From: a virus
Lineage: Duplodnaviria; Caudoviricetes
IMG/VR virus record: IMGVR_UViG_3300031460_000087
Location: 1-36,708 of that record
Strand: one strand, 5' to 3'
Length of the DNA: 36,708 nucleotides
Below the pieces are notes generated by a model. That model searched no databases. It was given only the letters and a program-made list of their open reading frames with translations, and had not been told where the DNA came from. Positions 1 through 6,216 of this stretch are shown here, piece after piece. Made by a program: the position numbers and the translations under genes. Position 1 is the stretch's first letter. Each line of letters opens with the position of its first letter.

Positions 1-336
1 CAGACTGGCCGCGACATCGGCGGGCTCACGAAAGAGATCCAGGCCATCGCGGGCGTATCGAAGCGCCGGGCTGCGTTCATTGCTGTAGATCAGAACGCCA
101 AGGCTACCGCCAGCATGACACGGGCGCGGCAAATCGAGACCGGGATCACCACGGCCGTGTGGCGGCATTCGCACGGGGGCGTTAAGCCGCGTAAAAGTCA
201 TCAGGAAATGGACGGCAAGGAATACGACATCTCGAAAGGGATGTGGGACAAAGATGAACAGGCCTGGATCTTGCCTGGATCACTAATAAATTGCAGATGC
301 GTGGCCCTTTCCGTAGTCAAGGGCTTCTCACTTTGA
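1..336 (+). CDS. Phage head morphogenesis protein (Mu gpF / SPP1 gp7-like), C-terminal part, truncated by window edge
   Basis: Frame 1 is open from base 1 (QTGRDIGGLTKEI...KRRAAFIAVDQNAKA). It carries the W-x-H...PR-x-SH...DGK-x-Y and PG-x-LINCRC motifs typical of this family. Confidence 0.85.
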   Translation, partial: QTGRDIGGLTKEIQAIAGVSKRRAAFIAVDQNAKATASMTRARQIETGITTAVWRHSHGGVKPRKSHQEMDGKEYDISKGMWDKDEQAWILPGSLINCRCVALSVVKGFSL

Positions 337-385
337 TATACTGAGCGGGCCGCCGAGACGTTGGAGCGTCAAGGCAGCCCTAACC
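334..385 (+). promoter_or_regulatory. Extended -10 promoter (TGaTATACT) followed by a structured leader/ncRNA element, copy 1
   Basis: TGATATACT at 334-342, then CGGGCCGCC-gaGACGttggagCGTCaa-GGCAGCCCTAACC at 346-385. A related copy lies at 18082-18122. Confidence 0.55.
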
Positions 386-614
386 GCACGCCATGCCCGC
401 CGTTGCGGGTGTCGCCAGGGTCGAGGAAGACGACACCACCCTGTTCAAGGGCAGCTTGAATCTGATGGAGTGTGGTAGCTTTGATACCAGGTATGCCATC
501 CTGCTGTTCGGCACGGCTGATGGTTGCGTAGTGAACGCTGGACGTATCGGCCAGACGCTGCGAGGACCAGCCTAAGAGGGCGCGGGCTGCCCGGATTTGC
601 GATCCGGTGATCAT
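369..614 (-). CDS. XRE-family helix-turn-helix transcriptional regulator
   Basis: MITGSQIRAARALLGWS...TISRAE...IQAALEQGGVVF...GGHGVRL is the typical alphaproteobacterial XRE pattern. ATG at 614 is preferred over the ORF-track start at 701. Divergent from the RAMP-like operon. Confidence 0.9.
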   Translation of the reverse strand: MITGSQIRAARALLGWSSQRLADTSSVHYATISRAEQQDGIPGIKATTLHQIQAALEQGGVVFLDPGDTRNGGHGVRLGLP

Positions 615-650
615 GTAAGCGACTGGTTGACTATCTTGAACATGGCTTTT

Positions 651-709
651 CGTAGCACGACTGGCGAATTTGAGCATGGAAACAGGCTCCTCAAGCAGCA
701 CGTGCTACG
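651..709. promoter_or_regulatory. Inverted repeat in the divergent XRE/RAMP intergenic region (possible operator or hairpin)
   Basis: CGTAGCACG (651-659) and its exact reverse complement CGTGCTACG (701-709), with an inner TTGAG/CTCAA pair. Confidence 0.4.
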
Positions 710-767
710 TTTTATCGAAAAAATGTGTTGCAGCATAACTTGAAAGGGGATTAGATAGCAATCCTGC

Positions 768-834
768 GGTGCCGCAGCGTTTAGCTTTACGTGGCTGCAC
801 ATCGCTTAGCGGCGTATCGCCAAGCCAAGCAAGG
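768..834 (+). repeat. 5-nt-periodic [NRY-NN]n array 1 (putative guide ncRNA)
   Basis: ggt-gc cgc-ag cgt-tt agc-tt tac-gt ggc-tg cac-at cgc-tt agc-gg cgt-at cgc-ca agc-ca agc-aa gg. All 13 trimers are N-purine-pyrimidine; ends in CAAGG. Confidence 0.85.
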
Positions 835-840
835 ATCGCC

Positions 841-1428
841 ATGAAAATCGCTATCGCATCCCTCAGGAGCATCAGCCCCTACAGCCAGTCCAGATTTCAC
901 GACACGCCGCTGCTCAACGACGGCAAGGAAGGCAAAGACGATCACGAGATGAGGACCTGGGCGGAACGCCTGCACGTCACCGAGGACGGGCACGTTTTCA
1001 TTCCGCCGATGTGCTTCAAGAAGTCGATCGAGACGGCGGCCCGGTTTCTCGGGCAGCAGATCAAGGGGCGCGGCAAAGCGACCTACACCAAGCATTTCAA
1101 GGCCGGCATCCTGGTCACCGACGCCCTGGTCCTTCCGGACAAAAAGAAGGACGTGCCCGGCGAGGTCTACTTCGTCCCGGCCGACGGCAAGAGCGGCGGC
1201 AGGGTCAAGCGCAAGTTCCCGGTCATCCGTGAATGGTCCGGCAACGTCACCTTCTACATCCTGGACGAAATCATCAGCCAGGACGTGTTCACCGCACACC
1301 TCAAGGAGGCAGGAAACTTCATCGGAATTGGTCGCTTTCGCCCTGAAAACGGCGGCTTCTATGGTCGGTTCGCGGTCGATCGCGTGGACTGGCAGGAAGC
1401 TTCCGTCGATATGGCAATGGCGGCTTAG
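841..1428 (+). CDS. Solitary RAMP/Cas7-like RNA-binding protein (195 aa)
   Basis: N-terminal strand ending S-P-Y; VFIPPMCFKKSIETAA resembles the RAMP IPGSSLKGxxR motif; C-terminal glycine-rich loop GIGRFRPENGGFYGRF. ATG at 841 follows AAGGA. Confidence 0.7.
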   Translation: MKIAIASLRSISPYSQSRFHDTPLLNDGKEGKDDHEMRTWAERLHVTEDGHVFIPPMCFKKSIETAARFLGQQIKGRGKATYTKHFKAGILVTDALVLPDKKKDVPGEVYFVPADGKSGGRVKRKFPVIREWSGNVTFYILDEIISQDVFTAHLKEAGNFIGIGRFRPENGGFYGRFAVDRVDWQEASVDMAMAA

Positions 1429-1429
1429 C

Positions 1430-1511
1430 TGTCGCGCTTCGCGCTGCTTAGCGGGTTATCATTCCGCACCGCGCTGCACCGCACCTTCGCGTATTGCGCA
1501 GCAAATCAAGG
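1430..1511 (+). repeat. 5-nt-periodic array 2 (putative guide ncRNA)
   Basis: tgt-cg cgc-tt cgc-gc tgc-tt agc-gg gtt-at cat-tc cgc-ac cgc-gc tgc-ac cgc-ac ctt-cg cgt-at tgc-gc agc-aa atc-aa gg. 13 of the first 15 trimers are NRY and all end in a pyrimidine. Confidence 0.85.
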
Positions 1512-1569
1512 TTCTTTCCGATGAACAACAGTAATCCAAAGGTTCTTTCCGATGAACAACAGTAATCCA
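1508..1569 (+). repeat. Exact 31-bp tandem duplication spanning the array end, RBS and start codon
   Basis: AAGGTTCTTTCCGATGAACAACAGTAATCCA at 1508-1538 and 1539-1569. Confidence 0.95.
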
Positions 1570-2052
1570 TCCAAGCCTTCCTTCGAAATGAGCATCGACA
1601 CCCGAGCCGTTTACGACCGCTTGAAGGAAGTGGCCATCGGCGAACTCATCAGCTTTCGCAGCTTGTCAGAACTGCTCGGGCGGCCCGTCGAGGGGTCCAC
1701 GTCTAACCTTCAGACCGCCTTGCGCCGGCTGGAAGGCGAGGGTTGGGCCTTCGCCAATGTCCCTAAGAGCGGGTATTGGCGGCTGAGCGATATCGAGATC
1801 GTCCAGACTGCCGAGCAGGCCCGCGAGAGCATGCGCCGCAAGGCCAAGCGGGTTGTGAAGAAGCTGACCTGTGTTCAGGACTTCGAAAGGCTCCCCAACG
1901 ACATGAAGGTGAAGCACAACGCGGCGGTGAGTGGCTTCGGCGCCATTGCCGCGATGATGTCGCCTTCGAAGATGAAGGTCCTGGAAGCGAGCGTCGAGAA
2001 GGCGCAACAGCAGTTGCCTCTGGCAAAGACGCTGGAGGCGTTCAGGGTTTAG
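1552..2052 (+). CDS. Hypothetical protein with winged-helix-like N-terminus and basic helical C-terminus; partner of the RAMP-like gene
   Basis: GELISFRSLSELLG...LQTALRRLE...FANVPKSGYWRL fits a wHTH helix/wing pattern. It sits between arrays 2 and 3. Confidence 0.7.
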   Translation: MNNSNPSKPSFEMSIDTRAVYDRLKEVAIGELISFRSLSELLGRPVEGSTSNLQTALRRLEGEGWAFANVPKSGYWRLSDIEIVQTAEQARESMRRKAKRVVKKLTCVQDFERLPNDMKVKHNAAVSGFGAIAAMMSPSKMKVLEASVEKAQQQLPLAKTLEAFRV

Positions 2053-2074
2053 GTAACTTTCATTCCAAGGCCAA

Positions 2075-2186
2075 TGTTCCGTATCGTACCGCGTGTCAGC
2101 GCAACTCTCGTTGAAACTCCGTATCGCTTGGCTGCGCTTCTCAGCACGTCGTGGAGCTTCATAACGCTCTGCATAGCAACTCAAGG
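2075..2186 (+). repeat. 5-nt-periodic array 3 (putative guide ncRNA, possibly two sub-units)
   Basis: 21 units over 2075-2179 (17 NRY, all ending in a pyrimidine), then ctc-aa-gg. An internal cgc-aa-ctc at 2100-2107 mimics the terminus. Confidence 0.85.
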
Positions 2187-2287
2187 CATCGACTTTCTTT
2201 AGGTGGTTTCCCACCGCTTCGTAGTGCAAAGTCTAACCGTACCACGCGCCGCCCTGCCAAGTGAGCCAACTCAAGGCATAGACTTTC
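2177..2287 (+). repeat. 21-nt direct repeat pair delimiting array units, 90-nt period
   Basis: CAACTCAAGGCATCGACTTTC (2177-2197) and CAACTCAAGGCATAGACTTTC (2267-2287), one mismatch. Confidence 0.9.
2205..2276 (+). repeat. 5-nt-periodic array 4 (putative guide ncRNA)
   Basis: cgc-tt cgt-ag tgc-aa agt-ct aac-cg tac-ca cgc-gc cgc-cc tgc-ca agt-ga gcc-aa ctc-aa gg. All 10 trimers over 2215-2264 are NRY. Confidence 0.85.
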
Positions 2288-2354
2288 GCATCTCCGCTTC
2301 TCGGAGCTTCGCAGCGCGGCACTCCACTCCGCATCACATCGCAAGACTCGGCGG
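2285..2354 (+). repeat. 5-nt-periodic array 5 (putative guide ncRNA)
   Basis: ttc-gc atc-tc cgc-tt ctc-gg agc-tt cgc-ag cgc-gg cac-tc cac-tc cgc-at cac-at cgc-aa gac-tc ggc-gg. 11 of 12 trimers over 2295-2354 are NRY. Confidence 0.85.
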
Positions 2355-2409
2355 TTACAGAACACCGGCAGCGGGCGCTCGGTCCAGCTCCGCCGTGTGA
2401 GCCCGCATT

Positions 2410-2631
2410 TTAGTAGATTTCGACGGTCTTTGGCATCGGCCGCCATTCTTCGCTCGGCACGTCCAACTGCATCTGTGCGGTTGACCAGAAATCCTCGCAT
2501 GCGTTGAGGCTATGTAATGTCCATTCCCGCCATGTGCGGTCTGGATTGCTGATCGCCGCAATGCGTATAGCTTCCTTGAAAATTTTGAGGTCGGACGGTC
2601 TATCAAGTCTATGTTGATCCATCGGCTTCAT
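2410..2631 (-). CDS. Small hypothetical protein
   Basis: 73-aa ORF overlapping the upstream minus-strand ORF, with lower GC than the structural genes. Start could be 2631 or 2622. Confidence 0.55.
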   Translation of the reverse strand: MKPMDQHRLDRPSDLKIFKEAIRIAAISNPDRTWREWTLHSLNACEDFWSTAQMQLDVPSEEWRPMPKTVEIY

Positions 2632-2845
2632 CTTCTTTCCTCCAACGGTCTATCTCCTCAAGAAACTGGTCGTATAGCGCATCTTCCTTCTTGTCTGATA
2701 GTAATTCCAGCAGGTCTTCATCAGCAAGCGAGACGAGCGCCACCAGAATACCAGGATCGGATAGAAAATCCGAGAAGTTCGAAAGCACAGAAACAACGTG
2801 CTCGCGGGGGATGTCCGTGATGCTTGGCCCTTTTGAACGATCCAC
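2609..2845 (-). CDS. Small acidic hypothetical protein
   Basis: 78 aa, D/E-rich, GTG start preceded by a strong AGGAGG RBS. Confidence 0.65.
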   Translation of the reverse strand: MDRSKGPSITDIPREHVVSVLSNFSDFLSDPGILVALVSLADEDLLELLSDKKEDALYDQFLEEIDRWRKEDEADGST

Positions 2846-2899
2846 TACCGCCTCCTGAAAAGTCGAGGCCTCACGCTACCACAGAAAGCACGGTCGCGC

Positions 2900-4321
2900 A
2901 TGACCGAACTCCGCCTTGCCCTCGACCGCGCCTCTGTTCGCACCAAGGACAAGGACGGCCACCTTCACGTTAGCCTGACGCCTATCAGCAAGGCCTGCGT
3001 GAACGGCTACCTCGGACGCGAGATCCCTGGTTGGCAAAAGCTCGGGCTCGATGCCGCGAAGATCTATCGGCTCTATCGCGATCCCGAAGAGCTGGAGCAA
3101 GCCGCCGACAGCTTCAACGGAAAGCCCCTCTACTTCGGGCACCGGGCGGCATCGGCTGCGGACCACGATCACGACCGTACCGCTGGCGCTGTCCACGGTG
3201 TCGTGTGGCAACCGCCCTACCTGATGGCTGCGCTCGACGTATGGCCGTCGAAAGCCATCGACGCCATCGAGTCCGGCGAGCACGAACAACTGTCGTGCGG
3301 CTACGAATACGATCCCGACATGACCGCCGGCACCGCGTCGGATGGCGAGAAATTCGACGGCGTCATGCGGAAGATCCGCGGAAATCACGTCGCGATGGTT
3401 CCCGAAGGCCGCGCCGGCCCGGATGTCCTGGTCCACGACGCCAAACCCCGATCCCTGAAAGAGGTGTTCCCCATGCCTAAGTCGGCTGTCCTATCCCGTA
3501 CGGCCGACATGGCCCGCGGCGCCCTCATGGCCTATGTGAAGCCCCGGCTTGCGCAGGACGCCAAGATCGACTTGCTGCCCATCCTCAAGGGCGTGACGTC
3601 CAAGACCATCCTGGCCAAGGCCCCGGCCATCGCCAAGGCGTTCGATGCCGCCGTGCGGCCGAAGCTCGCCGCCGATGCCGACATGGACCAGGCCGACGTC
3701 CAGGGCATCGTCGAAGAGATCGCCGAGGTCATGAAGGACGAAAGCGACACGATCGCTGCGGCCGTCAGCGGACCGGAGACCGAAGCCGATGCAAAGGATG
3801 CCGGCGCGAATTGGTCGGACGTTGCGACCTTCCTCAAGGGGAAGATCAGCGACGAGGACTTGGCCGAGCTGAAGAAGATGTTCTCGGGCGACGACGAGGG
3901 TGCCGAGGACCGCCGCAAGCGTGGCCGGCCCGTGGTGCCCAGCGCCACCGATAAGGAACCGGTCGTCACCAAGGCCGCCATGGACGCGGCGCTGGCGAAG
4001 ACGCGAACCGATGCCGCTGCAGACGGTGCCGCTGCGGCCATGAAGACGGCCAGTGAAATCCGCGATGCCGAGCGGTTCGTCTCGCCCTGGGTTGGCGATC
4101 TGGCGGTTGCCATGGACTCGGCCGAGGCCGTGCACCGCGCCGCGCTCGACGTGCTGAAGGTCAAGCACGACGGCAAGCATCCCGACGCGCTGGCCACCAT
4201 GATCGAAGCCCAGCCGAAGCCGGGCGAACGCAACAAGCCTTCGCGACTCGCCCAGGACGCCGCTGTGCCGGGCGTCAAATATGACGCCGTCACCTTTCCG
4301 AACTCGGGAAGACTTAAATAA
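2900..4321 (+). CDS. DUF2213 prohead protease/scaffold-like protein
   Basis: D-x-DGHLHV...ISKA-x-VN-x-Y-x-G-x-EIP, LSCGY-x-Y, IRGNHVA-x-V-x-x-GRAG-x-DV motifs; helical C-terminus with repeated AxD/AMDA motifs. Confidence 0.9.
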   Translation: MTELRLALDRASVRTKDKDGHLHVSLTPISKACVNGYLGREIPGWQKLGLDAAKIYRLYRDPEELEQAADSFNGKPLYFGHRAASAADHDHDRTAGAVHGVVWQPPYLMAALDVWPSKAIDAIESGEHEQLSCGYEYDPDMTAGTASDGEKFDGVMRKIRGNHVAMVPEGRAGPDVLVHDAKPRSLKEVFPMPKSAVLSRTADMARGALMAYVKPRLAQDAKIDLLPILKGVTSKTILAKAPAIAKAFDAAVRPKLAADADMDQADVQGIVEEIAEVMKDESDTIAAAVSGPETEADAKDAGANWSDVATFLKGKISDEDLAELKKMFSGDDEGAEDRRKRGRPVVPSATDKEPVVTKAAMDAALAKTRTDAAADGAAAAMKTASEIRDAERFVSPWVGDLAVAMDSAEAVHRAALDVLKVKHDGKHPDALATMIEAQPKPGERNKPSRLAQDAAVPGVKYDAVTFPNSGRLK

Positions 4322-4552
4322 GTCGACCTTTCTCTTTTGCCCAAACGCGTCAATTGCCGCAGCATGATTAGAATAATAGTATTCTTTTCGCTTACCGGAT
4401 TTGGCCGCAGTTATGCGATCACCTTCGTGGCAATCGTAACAGGAATATCCAGAAACGTAGCGCTTGGCTATGTGACCACGTTTGCAGGATTTTCCTGTAA
4501 AATAGAAAATCAAGCCAAGTTTCTTCGCGTCTCTTCTGCTGACAGGTTCCAT
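4322..4552 (-). pseudogene. Truncated HNH-endonuclease-associated N-terminal domain (homing endonuclease remnant)
   Basis: SRRDAKKLGLIFYFTGKSCKRGHIAKRYVSGYSCYDC is a known phage HNH N-terminal zinc-binding pattern. AT-rich; no nuclease domain or nearby stop (it reads into the antisense of the DUF2213 gene). Confidence 0.65.
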
Positions 4553-4633
4553 AGGGCTTCACTCAGCGCAATCGGTAGGTTTCACTGTACCACAACAAAC
4601 CCCTGAGGGGGAGATGTAGAGAGAATAAGACCC

Positions 4634-5134
4634 ATGCTTTCGCAGTCCTCTATCCAGGTCAACCCGGCCATCGGCCTGCCCGGTGACTTCGCCTCGGTCA
4701 ACCCGCGCCATTCTGTCCTCGCACCTCCCGGTGGGTTCGTGGCGGGGTCGGCCGGCCTGACCATCGGCCTCGCGTGCTGGGCCGACACAGCCACGGGTTC
4801 GATCCTGGCCAACACCGGCACCGGTCTGCCGAGCGGAGTCTTGCACCGCAACTTCCAAGGTTTCATCACGGCCTATCTGTCCGAATACGGATACACGGTG
4901 CCGGCGGGTTTCGGGGTCGGTGAGCTGTTCGACGACGGTGACATCATCGTCAAGAACTTCGGCGCTTCGGCTTGTGCAGTGGGCATGAAGGCCTTCGCCA
5001 ATACCACCAACGGCACGTTCTCGTTCGCTGCCCCTGGCACTACCGTCGCCGGTAGTGTCGAGACGGGGTGGTACGCCAAGCTCACCTGTGCGGCCGGTGA
5101 ACTCACCTTCCTCAACAAGCTTCTGCCCGGTTGA
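4634..5134 (+). CDS. Head decoration/cement protein
   Basis: P-A-x-G-x-PGDFAS-x-NP N-terminus; position between prohead protein and capsid. Confidence 0.75.
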   Translation: MLSQSSIQVNPAIGLPGDFASVNPRHSVLAPPGGFVAGSAGLTIGLACWADTATGSILANTGTGLPSGVLHRNFQGFITAYLSEYGYTVPAGFGVGELFDDGDIIVKNFGASACAVGMKAFANTTNGTFSFAAPGTTVAGSVETGWYAKLTCAAGELTFLNKLLPG

Positions 5135-5154
5135 TCCGAAAGGCTTTTCTACTC

Positions 5155-6216
5155 ATGTCTTATCATGCTCCACTCCCGGATGACCTCAAGCGCGATTGGG
5201 GCATCGTTACCATCGGCCAGGACTTTCTGCCCGAAGAGTTCCGCCGGGACTACACCAAGTCCGAGCGGATCATGATGGCGCTCGACGCGCAGCCGACGCT
5301 GGTCACGCAGCTCAATGCCGGCATCCCCTACATGGCGACGACCTTCGTCGATCCCGAGACGATCCGCATTCTCCAAACCCCCAACAAGGGTGCGCAGATC
5401 ATTGGCGAGAAGAAGCTCGGTGACTGGAACACCACCACGGTGATGTTCGAGCGCGTCGAGAACACCGGGCGCGTCGTGGCCTACGGCGACTACAACGACG
5501 ACGGCAACACCAACGTCAATATCGACTTTCCGCAGCGTCAGGCCTTCAAGTTCCAGACGATCGTCGAGTATGGCGACGACGCGGCGGAACGTGCCAGCCT
5601 CGCCAAGCTGAACTTCATCGCCGAGATGAAGAACTCCGCCGTCATCGTGATGGAGAAGTTCCGCGACCAGAGCTACCACCTGGGCATTGCCGGACTGCAG
5701 CTCTACGGCATCCTCAACGATCCCGGCCTGTCGCCGGCCATCACGCCATCCACCAAAGCGGCCGGCGGCACGAAGTGGGTCAACAACGGTATCGTCGTGG
5801 CCTCGCCCAACGAGATCATGGTCGACACTCAGGCGCTCGTGGGGACCCTCATCACGCAGGCGCCGGGCTACATCGAGAACGATGCCGCCTTCACGCTGGT
5901 CGGACCGCCCATCCTCGGGCTGGCGATGACGAGCGTGAACTCCTTCGGTCAGATCGCCTTGAAGATGGTCAAGGAGAGCTTCCCCAACATCAAGGTTCTC
6001 ACCGATCCGCGTTACGCGACGCCGGCCGGCAATATCATTCAGCTTTGGGCCGACAAGTTCGACGGCCATGACGTGGGCTATTGCGGCTTCGGCGAGAAGC
6101 TGCGGGAGTTCCCCGTGGTTCGGGAACTGTCCGCCGCCAAGCAGAAAGTCGCCGCCACCACCCTCGGCGCCATCGTCCGCTATGGCCTGGGCGTCGCCCA
6201 GATGATCGGTGTATGA
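5155..6216 (+). CDS. Major capsid protein (DUF2184-type)
   Basis: ALDAQPTLVT-x-x-NAGIP, KKLGDW, YGDY, LYGILNDP motifs; about 350 aa; synteny. Confidence 0.88.
   Translation: MSYHAPLPDDLKRDWGIVTIGQDFLPEEFRRDYTKSERIMMALDAQPTLVTQLNAGIPYMATTFVDPETIRILQTPNKGAQIIGEKKLGDWNTTTVMFERVENTGRVVAYGDYNDDGNTNVNIDFPQRQAFKFQTIVEYGDDAAERASLAKLNFIAEMKNSAVIVMEKFRDQSYHLGIAGLQLYGILNDPGLSPAITPSTKAAGGTKWVNNGIVVASPNEIMVDTQALVGTLITQAPGYIENDAAFTLVGPPILGLAMTSVNSFGQIALKMVKESFPNIKVLTDPRYATPAGNIIQLWADKFDGHDVGYCGFGEKLREFPVVRELSAAKQKVAATTLGAIVRYGLGVAQMIGV

Noticed and set aside
769-840. N-terminal extension of the RAMP-like ORF from the GTG at 769
   Set aside because: It merely translates array 1. ATG at 841 has an AAGGA RBS and starts the recognisable fold.
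2276-2284. Link between CATAGAC in the array boundary repeat and the palindromes at 33208-33264
   Set aside because: Only a 7-nt match, and the other boundary copy reads CATCGAC; likely chance.
2177-2287. Canonical CRISPR array
   Set aside because: Only two 21-nt repeats, the 69-nt intervening sequence is itself 5-nt periodic, and there are no adaptation genes.
768-2354. Simple microsatellite or coding-repeat explanation of the arrays
   Set aside because: Units are not identical, variation is concentrated in two fixed positions, and a period of 5 is incompatible with codon structure.
1229-2606. ORF-track entries overlapping the arrays (1229-1534, 1666-2229, 2159-2500, 2203-2400, 2355-2606)
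   Set aside because: They are R/S/A/C-rich translations of periodic non-coding DNA or shadows of real genes.
3491-4321. 353-aa minus-strand ORF as a full gene
   Set aside because: Beyond about 77 aa it is antisense read-through of the DUF2213 gene; only the N-terminal remnant is credible.
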